From: a virus
Length of the DNA: 64,000 nucleotides
Direction: 5' to 3' (one strand)
IMG/VR virus record: IMGVR_UViG_3300032236_001530
Span: 64,001 to 128,000 of that record
Shown: in pieces, positions 29,397 to 40,130 of the stretch
Numbering within the stretch: the stretch's first letter is position 1
How the letters are laid out: each line of letters starts with the position of its first letter
Translations under genes and position numbers: made by a program
The notes under the pieces: generated by a model
What the model was told of the DNA's origin: nothing
The model's input: the letters and a program-made list of their open reading frames with translations, nothing else
Database searches by the model: none

Positions 29397-29772
29397 TTTG
29401 TCAGATATACCTTTTGTTCATTCCGGTAGTTATCGAGACGAGTGTAGAGTAAAAGGTAATAAACTACTAACTGAGCTTAATAGAATAAATATTAATATGT
29501 CAACTAAACATAATTATATAATCATACCGGTTAGTATTTATAATCTTTTAGAGATAAATGATAGTTTTATATCTTTAGAAAAGTCCGCTAATACATATGA
29601 TGGTCCAATTAAAGTTGGCTTGATTGGTGAGTTTATTTGCTATTTAGATATACATTTACCGCCAAATGAAATTATTGTTTCTTGGGATAGACAAACATCA
29701 AGAAATGTTAAATTAGATTCTATATTAAATGATACATTTGAAAAAGAAAAAAGAATTAAGGTTATATCTTAA
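29386..29772 (+). CDS. Hypothetical protein
   Basis: Near-C-terminal RNVKLDSIL. Confidence 0.55.
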   Translation: MVIDLSDIPFVHSGSYRDECRVKGNKLLTELNRININMSTKHNYIIIPVSIYNLLEINDSFISLEKSANTYDGPIKVGLIGEFICYLDIHLPPNEIIVSWDRQTSRNVKLDSILNDTFEKEKRIKVIS

Positions 29773-31622
29773 TTCTTTTTGTTTATATAGCTTTCAAATT
29801 TTGCTATTATTTTCTTGTTTACATTATCTATAGTCATTAAACTCTTTCTATCTGGTTTCATGCCTTTTGTAGCACCAGCCTTTAAGAATTCATCTCTTGT
29901 CACAGGTACTGGTTGTCCAGTCTTTTTATCAACTATATTATATTCAAAGTTTTCATTTGTGTCTTGTCCTAATAATTCAACACCTTTTGTGTCGTATTCA
30001 ACTTCACCACCTTGGTTAGCTATATCTATTTTTGATTTTAATACATTAACAAAATCTTTAGCAACTGTTTTAAGAACATCAACATACTTTTCAGTATTAT
30101 AAGCTATTTTAAGAGCTGGTTTATTATACTTTAAGAAGTTGAAACCAGAGATATTTGTAATTGAAGGGTGACCACCTGAGTTTCTAATAATAAGTTCCCA
30201 TGCAGGTATTTTGATATTACTTAAATATGTTTTTTGGTCAGGAGCTAAATCACTAAACGAAACATCCATATACTCTCTCAACTCTGGATTGTTAATATCA
30301 ACATTAACAATTTTACCATCTTTCTTCTCATACATACAATCTTTGTAAAAAGCTTCTAAATCAGTCCATCTAAACCCAACACCTTCATAATCCTCACCTT
30401 CTGCTTTTTGCATTGCTTTCCAATCTTGAGATGTTTCAAATTCTTTTTTAAGAGATTCTAATGAAACATAAAATCTTTTTAATACTGATTCATGTTTTGC
30501 TAAAACTTCTTTAGCTATTTCACCTAAGTTAATTTCTTTTAACTTCTTTTCTTTGAATGGATTACAAGAAACTTGTAATAACCCCATTGGCCAAGCAATA
30601 CAGTTAAAGTCAGCCTCTGGGTTGTTTTTGAATACCACATATCTATCATATGAACCAGCTTTAATCATATTACCACCACCATATTGAGTAACGATTTTAT
30701 AATCAGAGTCAAAGTTAACACCTTTGCCAATTTTAGCGCCAGTTGATAATAGATTTTTATGTCTCCAATTTGTTGGATCATATTCGGTCACATCACCTGT
30801 ATTTGGATCTTCAATGAAACTATAATTCTTCATTCTATCAATGTAAGAGTTTAAGTTATCTGTAATTTCTTCAGGTGTTGCTAATCTTCCTAATTTATCA
30901 GAAGTTTTAGCATTACTAATATAATGTTTAATGTTGTTAAACATTGAGTATAAACTACCTGTAGAATCCAAAGTTAAACATTCAAGAATATTTTTATTAA
31001 TATGATTTCTCTTACCATCTAAAGATTTAACAGTGATTCTTTTATTTTTATAAGCCAATAATAATCTATTAACTACAAAACCCATCATAAATCTATTCTT
31101 AGCTGGTGTTTCAGCTCTATCTTGTGTAAAGATTGCTTTTTGTACATCTTCTGGTTTGATATTATATGTTAAAAAGTTAGCTGAGTCAACTGTTTTAATT
31201 AGTTCAATATCTTGAGGTGTAAAAATATCAGAGTATGATATTTCACCAGAAAGTATCTCAACATTTGAACGAGCATGTTTGAAGTATGTTGATTTAGTAT
31301 CTTCAGCACCAACTTGTTTATCATGATGATCTGATTGAATGTGGAACATTGGCTTACCGTGAGCAAAGTCAACTAGCACACAAAGGTTACCCTCTTGGTG
31401 ATGCTTAATAGCGTATTCTAAACCACCATATTGTATAATATGACAATCAACAGTTTCTATTTGATAGTAATTCTTTAAGAATTCTTTCATAGCAATAGCT
31501 GATGTAACACCATCTAAGTCTTTGTGGAAATAAATCTCTGCAGTTTTATGAAGCTTTGCTATCTTAGAAATGTTTTTAAGACCTACTTCCTCGTTTAGGA
31601 AATTTTGATATTTTTTTATCAT
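29769..31622 (-). CDS. DHH-family phosphoesterase-like protein
   Basis: H.DLDG, VDF, SDHH, GGH; MIKKYQNFLNE leader. Confidence 0.7.
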   Translation of the reverse strand: MIKKYQNFLNEEVGLKNISKIAKLHKTAEIYFHKDLDGVTSAIAMKEFLKNYYQIETVDCHIIQYGGLEYAIKHHQEGNLCVLVDFAHGKPMFHIQSDHHDKQVGAEDTKSTYFKHARSNVEILSGEISYSDIFTPQDIELIKTVDSANFLTYNIKPEDVQKAIFTQDRAETPAKNRFMMGFVVNRLLLAYKNKRITVKSLDGKRNHINKNILECLTLDSTGSLYSMFNNIKHYISNAKTSDKLGRLATPEEITDNLNSYIDRMKNYSFIEDPNTGDVTEYDPTNWRHKNLLSTGAKIGKGVNFDSDYKIVTQYGGGNMIKAGSYDRYVVFKNNPEADFNCIAWPMGLLQVSCNPFKEKKLKEINLGEIAKEVLAKHESVLKRFYVSLESLKKEFETSQDWKAMQKAEGEDYEGVGFRWTDLEAFYKDCMYEKKDGKIVNVDINNPELREYMDVSFSDLAPDQKTYLSNIKIPAWELIIRNSGGHPSITNISGFNFLKYNKPALKIAYNTEKYVDVLKTVAKDFVNVLKSKIDIANQGGEVEYDTKGVELLGQDTNENFEYNIVDKKTGQPVPVTRDEFLKAGATKGMKPDRKSLMTIDNVNKKIIAKFESYINKKN

Positions 31623-31623
31623 A

Positions 31624-32037
31624 TTATTTTATATAATTTTGATCTGTTTTTCTATATATTAATATATTCAAGTGTTTATTTTCAATGTATTCTTTATGTA
31701 TATAATAACCTAAATCATCTAATCTTAGTGATGCAACTTCCATTATTTCTTTATACTCTTCAGAGTTTTTCAAATTGGTAAGTTCATTATTTATTTTCCA
31801 AAGACTCTCTTGAAAAGGTCCCCAGTTTTTACCAATACTAATTTGAATGTAAGTAATTAAAGCAAATTTTAATGCTGATTCATCGGTGTTTTTAAAATCA
31901 AATAGTTTTTTTAAAAATCTAACATCAACTATCCAACCGTTATCTGATATATCAGTGAATAAAAATTCAATATCTTCAGGTGTTAACTTAGATTCAGGTG
32001 ATAGATGTATATTTTCAAACTTTTTTAAGTATTTCAT
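31624..32037 (-). CDS. Hypothetical protein with an MKYLKKFE leader
   Basis: 137-aa ORF. Confidence 0.6.
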   Translation of the reverse strand: MKYLKKFENIHLSPESKLTPEDIEFLFTDISDNGWIVDVRFLKKLFDFKNTDESALKFALITYIQISIGKNWGPFQESLWKINNELTNLKNSEEYKEIMEVASLRLDDLGYYIHKEYIENKHLNILIYRKTDQNYIK

Positions 32038-33431
32038 TATTTCTTACCAAGCAATCCTTTTCCATAACCTTTTATAGTTCCTTTGGTTTCACCTTTAGTC
32101 TCGGTGTCAAATTTCGTATCAAAGAAGTTATTATTATCTGTAACTATTTTAACATCAGCATCCATAGTAGCATAAGGTCCTAATTTACCTGAACGATAAA
32201 CACCACCAAACATATCACCATTCAAGTAACCTTCCATAAAGTAACAACCTGTTAAATCAGAAGATTCTACTTTACAATTAAGAACTTTTGAGTTTTGTGC
32301 TGACGATTGTTGTAATTTACATTTTGTCATTTGTGAGTTTTTAATCTCTGACCCTACAAAAAAGCAATCTTCAAATATACCCTCAACTTGACAATTTATT
32401 AAATCATATCCTTTTAGTGTTGATGTTGATTTTATTTTAGCATCAACTATTTCCATTGTTTGTGTTGATGTTACATAGTTTACTATACATTCTTTTAATT
32501 CAGATGTTGAATCTATTAAGTTATAGAGTTTTGAGTATATACTATTATAATATGATGTTACCATATCATAGTTCATATTTTGGTCAATTTGTAATTGAAT
32601 GGTTGGAAAGTCTATAATAAAGTTATCATACTTTGAGAAATTTTTAAATGTAGAAATATTCTTTTCTAAATGTTCTTCAAGTTTATTAACATCCTCCGCA
32701 TTAAAATCAACATCAATTGCGTCATAAACATTAATGATAAATCTGTCCATGAAGTAAATTAAATTACCTATATTCTTTTCATAATCCTTACCACCAACAT
32801 ATCTTAATTCAAGTCTTTGAGAGTCCTTATCGTTATTAATATGTAAGAAGTTGATACCGTAGTATTTATCATTTGGTGTTCTTAAATTATTCTTTACAAC
32901 ACTAATTGGGATATTAAAGAAGTCATATTCTTTATAAGGAATCATTTTCTTTACTGACTTAGCGTAAACATTATCTTTTCTTGATGGGTAAACTCTATAA
33001 ATTTCTTCTTCATCAGTATTTAGAATCAGTTTAAGAATATTCAAATCATTTAGATTCTTATCATCATCATTAAATGATAAGTTAAAGTGAATAGATGATT
33101 TTTCATTAGTTTGACCATGTGTTTGAATAAATTTAACTATTTTAACTAAATAGTATTTAGCATCATAGTAGCTTAATGGACCAGTTACTAACTCAACCAT
33201 GTTTGAACCACCTGATAAATCCGGTTCAATTTTGAAATTCTTTTCATCTGGTGTGAAACCAGAGTGGTATTCTCTAAATCCCCAAACTTTCACAGGTGCT
33301 AACTCTTGGTTTAATAACTCCATTGCTTTATAGAAAGATAATTCTTTCATATAAAATTCAAATTCAAAGCCAACACGAGCATGCTTTAATTTATTTGATT
33401 GGTTTAGAAATTTATCCGAATACTTCTTCAT
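32037..33431 (-). CDS. Putative amidoligase (COOH-NH2 ligase fold) with a C-terminal beta-helix-like region
   Basis: GFEFE, EPDLS, ELVT, SIHFN, KY.GIN, LELRY.GG. Confidence 0.65.
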   Translation of the reverse strand: MKKYSDKFLNQSNKLKHARVGFEFEFYMKELSFYKAMELLNQELAPVKVWGFREYHSGFTPDEKNFKIEPDLSGGSNMVELVTGPLSYYDAKYYLVKIVKFIQTHGQTNEKSSIHFNLSFNDDDKNLNDLNILKLILNTDEEEIYRVYPSRKDNVYAKSVKKMIPYKEYDFFNIPISVVKNNLRTPNDKYYGINFLHINNDKDSQRLELRYVGGKDYEKNIGNLIYFMDRFIINVYDAIDVDFNAEDVNKLEEHLEKNISTFKNFSKYDNFIIDFPTIQLQIDQNMNYDMVTSYYNSIYSKLYNLIDSTSELKECIVNYVTSTQTMEIVDAKIKSTSTLKGYDLINCQVEGIFEDCFFVGSEIKNSQMTKCKLQQSSAQNSKVLNCKVESSDLTGCYFMEGYLNGDMFGGVYRSGKLGPYATMDADVKIVTDNNNFFDTKFDTETKGETKGTIKGYGKGLLGKK

Positions 33432-33538
33432 ATTACTTATATATTAAAATCAAGTTCTCAAAATTAAATTACTTAAAATCAGGAGGGACAATATGTTTTT
33501 TATATATATTTCAATATTATAAAAATAATTAATAGTAA

Positions 33539-33928
33539 GTGGAGTTCTTTTGTGTTTATTGTAAAACCCGCAAAAAAGTAGATAAGTTTATTAAGGTTAA
33601 CCGAATAAAGAATAAGTACATTATCGATATAAAAAAGATAATGGAAGAAGAAGAGGTTAGTTTTGAAGACGATAAGATGTATCTGAAGGTGCTAATCTTT
33701 CAAAAGATACAGCAGGCAATAGATAAAAAGAAAGACATCTACTACATACCCGACTTCGAAAACGAGTTTTCAATCGAAAAACTACTCAATCTTAAAAAGA
33801 TTCTCGGTGAGAATAACTTCAATGTTTTAATATTTTATAATGAATTCCGAAAAAACCCGGAAATAATCGATGATGTTTTTTCAAACCTTTCCAAATTTTC
33901 AAACTCACAAATAATAAGAGATTACTAA
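33539..33928 (+). CDS. Hypothetical protein
   Basis: GTG start, 129 aa. Confidence 0.55.
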   Translation: MEFFCVYCKTRKKVDKFIKVNRIKNKYIIDIKKIMEEEEVSFEDDKMYLKVLIFQKIQQAIDKKKDIYYIPDFENEFSIEKLLNLKKILGENNFNVLIFYNEFRKNPEIIDDVFSNLSKFSNSQIIRDY

Positions 33929-33962
33929 TAGTTTAATATATAATAAAAATTAAATTATTAAC

Positions 33963-35873
33963 ATGGCTTTTAATAGATCTATTTTAGGTGGCTCTCCTCT
34001 TGGTCTCATTGGTGTAAGAAGTTATTACGATGCTAATGGATTATCTACATTTAATGCGGGTAAAAGTAGAAATATTAAGGTACCTGATTATAATAAAACA
34101 TCCAGCTCAGCTGGTATGTTATATGGTAATAGTTTATTTTCTGGATATAGAGTTTTAAGAGCTTGGCCAAATGTTAGTACTGATGACCCAAAGGGGTTGA
34201 ATGATATTGATTATATTAATAAAAAAGACAAGTCTACAAGAAGAGAACTACATAACAATTCTGTTTATGATACCAGTGTTCTTAATATAATTGAGAAGCT
34301 ATCAGGTACAAAAGCTCAATTAAGACCAGCGGACTTTGCTTATTTGAAAAATATTGGTGTTTATCCAAATAATAGATTAATGATAGCTAGAAGATTTGCT
34401 TCTCCTGTTGATGATAATATAATGGTTCCTAAAAAAGATTCTGAACTATCATCATTTGCTACTTTAATAAGTTGGGTTCCTGAAAATGAAAACTTTTTAT
34501 CATTTACATTTGGTGAAGAGTGGACTGATTCAGAGGCAGATTTCACCAATATACTTACATCATTGGGTCAAGATGTTGGTTTGGGTAATTTAGGTGGTAT
34601 ATCCGGCGCTGCTGGTAATATTCTACCTTTACCTGGGTTTACTGAAATATTTCAAAGAAATTTTTTAGCTAAATTAGGTCTAATAGAAAATGATGCTAAA
34701 AATTCAATACCAGCTGGTAATCCTAACTTAATTAAACAATCTAAAAGAAGAAAATTAGTGGGTTACTCTGATGCGGGTTCTGGTTTGAAAACCACTGTTA
34801 ATATTAAAATGACTTGTGAGTATGAATTAAAATACATATCTGGTATTGATCCTACAATTGTTTGGATGGATTTACTTGGTATGATTACAAGATTTGGTAC
34901 TTCTAATAGTGAAACATATGGTTTGAGTAAATCTGCTGGTGCTAAAATGATAACTTGGGCTAATAATCCTAATCAGTTAATAAGTGATGCTGCACAAGCT
35001 ATATCTGATGCTATAAAAGGAATAGTTGATGAAATAAAAGCCGCAATCGAGAAGGCTTATAACGCAACCAAAGAGGCGAATAAATCTCTATCAAATACCG
35101 TAAATGATAATACACAGGAGAAACCAGCACCTATAAGTGACCAAGCAGCGGCTAATAAAGCAAACGAGGCACAAAAAGCCGAATCCTTAAATGTATTAAA
35201 GGGTATAGAAGGTACAATTGGTAAAATTGGAACTGATATAATTTCTGGCTTACTTCAAAAATATAGGGTTAAGATAATAGGTGTTATTAATTCATTAACT
35301 GGTTTACCATCTACACCTTGGCACATAACAGTTGGTAATCCAATGAGACCTACATTTTGCTCAGGTGACATGTTAGTTGAGCAAGTTGAAGTAAGATTAG
35401 GACCAATATTAGCCTTTAATGATCTTCCATCATCTATAAGTGTTGAGTTTAACATGACTAACGCCAGACCTTGGGGTTTGCAAGAGATAATGGCTAAGTT
35501 TAATAGTGGTTATTTAAGAACAGTTGATGTGCAAAAATCATTCTATGAAACAAATAAAGTAACAGGCGCTGATAATGTTACTTATAATGAGCCTGTTGGT
35601 ATATTACCACTTAATGATTTTGTCTATGCGACAGCTAGCACTACCGGTTCAAGTGGATCTAGTGGTGTGTCTGGTTCAAGTGCTGGTCAATCAGGAACAA
35701 ATGCAAATCCATCAAATAGTGGAACTAGTGGTGTTGTTAGTACGGATTCTACTACAGGTAATCCAGTTACTACATCAGTAGATCCAAATAATGTTACCAA
35801 GGCAAAAGGTGGTAAACAAGTAGATAATGCTACTATGAATAAAGATGCTTCACAAAGTATTTATAATAAATAA
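33963..35873 (+). CDS. Probable virion (tail/baseplate) structural protein
   Basis: Large ORF heading an operon with gp53-like and amidase genes; TAATATATA box upstream. Confidence 0.45.
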   Translation: MAFNRSILGGSPLGLIGVRSYYDANGLSTFNAGKSRNIKVPDYNKTSSSAGMLYGNSLFSGYRVLRAWPNVSTDDPKGLNDIDYINKKDKSTRRELHNNSVYDTSVLNIIEKLSGTKAQLRPADFAYLKNIGVYPNNRLMIARRFASPVDDNIMVPKKDSELSSFATLISWVPENENFLSFTFGEEWTDSEADFTNILTSLGQDVGLGNLGGISGAAGNILPLPGFTEIFQRNFLAKLGLIENDAKNSIPAGNPNLIKQSKRRKLVGYSDAGSGLKTTVNIKMTCEYELKYISGIDPTIVWMDLLGMITRFGTSNSETYGLSKSAGAKMITWANNPNQLISDAAQAISDAIKGIVDEIKAAIEKAYNATKEANKSLSNTVNDNTQEKPAPISDQAAANKANEAQKAESLNVLKGIEGTIGKIGTDIISGLLQKYRVKIIGVINSLTGLPSTPWHITVGNPMRPTFCSGDMLVEQVEVRLGPILAFNDLPSSISVEFNMTNARPWGLQEIMAKFNSGYLRTVDVQKSFYETNKVTGADNVTYNEPVGILPLNDFVYATASTTGSSGSSGVSGSSAGQSGTNANPSNSGTSGVVSTDSTTGNPVTTSVDPNNVTKAKGGKQVDNATMNKDASQSIYNK

Positions 35874-35888
35874 AAATAATAAAATAGA

Positions 35889-36374
35889 ATGGACATAACA
35901 TCACTATCTCAATTAAATTACAACTCAACAACTAAGTTGTTTAATGTTTATTATCCTCAATTTATTTATACTAAGAGTAGTCTTTATACATATGTTGTTC
36001 AGGGTGGTGAAGAGATGAGAATTGATTTGGTTATGTTATCTATGTATAACAACGATGATTCGGTTTTGAGTAGCATTGATGTTATATTATTTATTAATGG
36101 TATTGATAACCCTTTAAATATTTATGAAGGTGATACTCTTTACTACCCACCACAAGAATCTTTAGATAGTTATAGATATGTGTTTGAAGAAGGTAGCACA
36201 CCAGGTCAAAATATTAGACAAGCTCTTGCTGTTCCTAATAAAACAACGGTTAAGGATAGTAGTAGAAAGAAATTTGTTGATAATGGATTCTCTCTACCAC
36301 CTGTTGTTTTGGATGAGACCAAATCACCGGTTAGATTAGAGAATGGTAATATTGTTATCGGTGGATTAAATTAA
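35889..36374 (+). CDS. Baseplate wedge gp53-like / LysM-like protein
   Basis: Y.V...EEMRIDLV...MY......IL.IN.IDNPLNI.EGD.L.YP. Confidence 0.6.
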   Translation: MDITSLSQLNYNSTTKLFNVYYPQFIYTKSSLYTYVVQGGEEMRIDLVMLSMYNNDDSVLSSIDVILFINGIDNPLNIYEGDTLYYPPQESLDSYRYVFEEGSTPGQNIRQALAVPNKTTVKDSSRKKFVDNGFSLPPVVLDETKSPVRLENGNIVIGGLN

Positions 36375-36381
36375 TTAAGTT

Positions 36382-37950
36382 ATGGCAGATCAATTATTAA
36401 AAGCGGTTAGAATTACTGATAATATAAAACTTGAGGTCTATCAGCAAGGTAGAAAAAGAAAGTACGCACTTTTTTATGATTCGGAAATGACAAAAAGTGA
36501 AAAGTATGATGTTTCATTAACAGATGACCAAGTTATACAGGAAGCTTTGAGTATTTACAACATTAAATATGCTAATGATAATAAAACATTTAAAGTAATT
36601 CAAGATCCTTATAAAGACCCTTTTGTACAAAGAACTTATGGTAATGGTGATAAAAGTCCTTACTATATAAATAACGGTTGTGGTATAAATATATTATGGG
36701 AAGGATATGCAAATTCAAGTCCAGTTATTACTTCACAAAGTGATATTAACGATCCAAATGTTGCTAATAAGGTAGTTACAGTTTATTTACCAAGTGGATT
36801 CACTGAAAATAATGGTAAAGGTTATTTAGTATGGACAACAAATGGTTTTAATTATAGTGATAAGGTTAATATTGGTAATATATCTAACTTTGGAAGTTAT
36901 GTAGAAGATCATTCAATTGTTGACATTATTATATCTAGATTTCAGTCGGATGTAAAAACCTTACATGGTCTAAGTGAATATGATTTAAAACTTTGCTCTC
37001 CTGATACAGAGTCTTGTTCTATTATTACATATAAAAGTCCATTAGAAGCCCCAAAGAGTACAAATGCCCAATTAGTAGCTGCTCAGACTCCACCAAGTCC
37101 TACACAATCAATACCTAAAATAAAGTTCACAATAGATGGTCTTGGTGATACTATACAAGTAAAAGCTAAAACAGACTTAGACACATTTACTGTCTGGACT
37201 GGTCCTATACCTAAACCAGCTGACCAAATAGATCAATTTGATAACTTAGGTGAGTTAGACCCAGAATATACAGAGTCGAGTTATGCTGGATTTGAAGAAA
37301 CTGGTATTGATTATCAAACTTGGAAAGTACAAGATGCTGTTTCAAATGGTCAGGAAGATTGTAGCCAACCACCTACACAAGTTGGTACTCCTGCTAATGT
37401 TAAGCTAACAACAACTTATAACGATTTGATGAATTTAGCTGGTAGATGTGCTAGAGAACTTGGTAAAAATAATAGAGTTAATGCTGACAACTTAAAGAAA
37501 GGTTATACACCTGGAATACATGGTTTATGTCCTCAGGGAACTCAAGCAGTTTTGTATGCTTTAACAGGTATAAAGGCTCTTGGACAACTAGTTGGTAATG
37601 CTGACTGGTTCTCATTTAAATCTCCTACTCTACCAGGTGGTGGTGATGGTAAAGGAAATTTATCTAACACTGGTTATTATAATCAAAAAGTCAAAATATC
37701 ACAAAATAGTGGATCATGGAAAGGTACTTATTTAACAGATTCAAGTCAGTGGCAAGTAGGTGATGTTATAGCTATGGGTTATGTTGGTAAAGAATATGGT
37801 CACATTCAATGTTATACTGGATATTGTTGGCAAAGTGACTTTAAGCAAAATGCTATACAGCAAAATCATGTTGATGTAAATTCTGTTGCTCTTTGGAGAC
37901 TAAATGATAAAGGCTTACAAGCGATAAAAAATCTTAGTGCTGTTGCATAA
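36382..37950 (+). CDS. Virion protein with a C-terminal CHAP/NlpC-like peptidoglycan amidase domain
   Basis: GLC (Cys), Q.GDVI, YGHIQ.Y.G..W.SDFKQ. Confidence 0.6.
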   Translation: MADQLLKAVRITDNIKLEVYQQGRKRKYALFYDSEMTKSEKYDVSLTDDQVIQEALSIYNIKYANDNKTFKVIQDPYKDPFVQRTYGNGDKSPYYINNGCGINILWEGYANSSPVITSQSDINDPNVANKVVTVYLPSGFTENNGKGYLVWTTNGFNYSDKVNIGNISNFGSYVEDHSIVDIIISRFQSDVKTLHGLSEYDLKLCSPDTESCSIITYKSPLEAPKSTNAQLVAAQTPPSPTQSIPKIKFTIDGLGDTIQVKAKTDLDTFTVWTGPIPKPADQIDQFDNLGELDPEYTESSYAGFEETGIDYQTWKVQDAVSNGQEDCSQPPTQVGTPANVKLTTTYNDLMNLAGRCARELGKNNRVNADNLKKGYTPGIHGLCPQGTQAVLYALTGIKALGQLVGNADWFSFKSPTLPGGGDGKGNLSNTGYYNQKVKISQNSGSWKGTYLTDSSQWQVGDVIAMGYVGKEYGHIQCYTGYCWQSDFKQNAIQQNHVDVNSVALWRLNDKGLQAIKNLSAVA

Positions 37951-37984
37951 AAAAACCCACTCAATGAGTGGGTTAAATTTTTTA
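37949..37984. terminator. Bidirectional terminator
   Basis: aacccactcaatgagtgggtt palindrome between convergent genes. Confidence 0.8.
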
Positions 37985-37993
37985 ATAAAAAAC

Positions 37994-38353
37994 TTACTTA
38001 TCAGTTTTCTTATTAGAATTTTTTGGCTTACTAGGCTTACTAGGTTTTTTATCAGTCTTAGTAGTAGTTTTTGCTTTAGTAACTTTTTTCTCTACTGATT
38101 TAACTTCTTCAGTTGCTTTTTCAGCTACTGATTTAACTTTAGCTTTGATTTCTTTAGCTGTAACCTTTTTTTCTTCAGCAATCTCCGCAAGTCTAGTTTC
38201 TATAGCCTTTGTAGCTGACTCAACATCAACTTTAGATACTTCAACATCTTTTTTCACTTCCGTTTTTATTTCAGCAATAACCGGAGTAATTTTAGCTTCA
38301 ACTTGTTCTTCAGCTTTCTTAAACCAACCTTTGATTGTGTTCCAAATACTCAT
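37994..38353 (-). CDS. Lys/Glu-rich hypothetical protein
   Basis: Amphipathic N-terminus and a basic low-complexity tail. Confidence 0.55.
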   Translation of the reverse strand: MSIWNTIKGWFKKAEEQVEAKITPVIAEIKTEVKKDVEVSKVDVESATKAIETRLAEIAEEKKVTAKEIKAKVKSVAEKATEEVKSVEKKVTKAKTTTKTDKKPSKPSKPKNSNKKTDK

Positions 38354-38463
38354 AGTTTAAATTATTTTTTATTATATATTCACTTTCTTTTCTTCCCTCT
38401 ATAAAAAACCTCATAAAAACCACAATTTTAAACAAGAGCCTTATTTTAATATATAATAATAAG

Positions 38464-40074
38464 ATGAAATTTAGATATGACAAAGAAAAAGAAGAAATAG
38501 TTGTATCTGAGGCCACAAGAATTGAATATCATCAATTAGGTCTTTGGTTAACACGACATGTAAAGGGGTATAGATATATGCCCGCCTTTAAGATGGGTGT
38601 GTGGAATGGTCAACAATCTTATTTCAAAAATGGTCGTATCAACTTAGGTCTTTGGAAAGAAGCAATGAGAGGTTGTAAAGAAATTGATGCTCCTTTTATT
38701 TTAGAAAACAAAGATGACTTTCCTCTAAATAGAGATGTTACTTTAGAAGGTGTTAGAGAATTTTGTAAAGAGTATTTTAAAACACATAAAGTAAGAACTA
38801 AGTCAGGTGAGTGGGTTCCATTTATGCCGTATGACCACCAAATTGAATCAGCATATAAAATATTAAAAAATAGATACTGTATGGCTGAGGTTGCTACATC
38901 AGGTGGTAAATCTCTAATCATATCAATTGTTATTTTTTACACACTTAAAAATATAAACCCTAAGGCTAAATTTTTAATTATAGTTCCTTCTATTACACTA
39001 GTAACTCAATTTTATGATAATATTGTAGAATATAATATGGGTGTTAATAATATCTTAGAGATGAGAGAAAAGAAAATAGATCATATCTTAAATGATTCTC
39101 ACTTACCTTGCGATATTAGAATTGAAGAAGTAATGTCCGAAAGACCTCGTAAGTGGTCTGGTACATTAGATGCTAATGTTTATATTGGTACTTATCAATC
39201 TTTGGAGAAATGGCCCAAAGAGTTCTTCAAACAATTTCACACAGTTGTTACTGATGAGGCTCATGGTGCTAAAGCAAAAACAATAACAACTATTTTAGGT
39301 CATACTTTTCATTCAGCTTACTCAAGATTTGGTGTTTCTGGTACATTTCCTGAAGAAAACACTTGTGAGATACTAACCATTCAATCTGTTTTAGGTCCTA
39401 AGATTACTGAGGTATCTGCTATGGAACTTAAAGAAAAAGGTATTATCACTCCAATGGATGTTCGTGTTGTTATTATGAATCATGAGGACTTAGAATTTGA
39501 CGATAGAATGACTCAAATAAGAAAAGGTGGTTATGGTAAAGAAGCCTTTGAATTGGAAAAAGATTACATACATCAATCCGGTAAAAGATTAGAATTTATT
39601 AAGAAGATTGTTAATAAATGTGATTCTAATACTCTTTTATTATTTCATACTATTGAGTATGGTCAACAAATATTTAATACCTTGAGTAAGGATTTAACCG
39701 ATAAAGAGTTTTATTATATTGATGGTGAGATATCGGGTAAGAAAAGAGAAGAGATTAAGAAACTAATGGAAGTAACTGATGGTAAAGTTAAAGTACTTGT
39801 TGCTTCTTATGGCACTTTATCAACCGGTGTTTCTATCAATGCTATCTTTAATGTAATATTTGCCGACTCATTCAAATCAGAACAAATTATAATTCAATCA
39901 ATAGGTCGTGCATTACGTTTACATGATGATAAAAAGAAAGCAAATATCTTTGACCTTGTTGATGTTTTCTCAAGTAGGGAGATGTCTAATATACTTTACA
40001 AACATTTTAAGGAACGTGAGAAGTTCTATATCAAGAGAGGATATCCATATAAAATAATTAAAGTTAATATTTAA
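38464..40074 (+). CDS. uvsW: UvsW-like SF2 DNA helicase
   Basis: ATSGGKS, IIVPSITLV.Q, DEAH, G.SGT, YGTLSTG+.I, QSIGRALR. Confidence 0.9.
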   Translation: MKFRYDKEKEEIVVSEATRIEYHQLGLWLTRHVKGYRYMPAFKMGVWNGQQSYFKNGRINLGLWKEAMRGCKEIDAPFILENKDDFPLNRDVTLEGVREFCKEYFKTHKVRTKSGEWVPFMPYDHQIESAYKILKNRYCMAEVATSGGKSLIISIVIFYTLKNINPKAKFLIIVPSITLVTQFYDNIVEYNMGVNNILEMREKKIDHILNDSHLPCDIRIEEVMSERPRKWSGTLDANVYIGTYQSLEKWPKEFFKQFHTVVTDEAHGAKAKTITTILGHTFHSAYSRFGVSGTFPEENTCEILTIQSVLGPKITEVSAMELKEKGIITPMDVRVVIMNHEDLEFDDRMTQIRKGGYGKEAFELEKDYIHQSGKRLEFIKKIVNKCDSNTLLLFHTIEYGQQIFNTLSKDLTDKEFYYIDGEISGKKREEIKKLMEVTDGKVKVLVASYGTLSTGVSINAIFNVIFADSFKSEQIIIQSIGRALRLHDDKKKANIFDLVDVFSSREMSNILYKHFKEREKFYIKRGYPYKIIKVNI

Positions 40075-40130
40075 CAGATACCCAGAGTTCATTCTTTTTA
40101 ATATATAAATCAAAATAAAAAGAATGAGAA

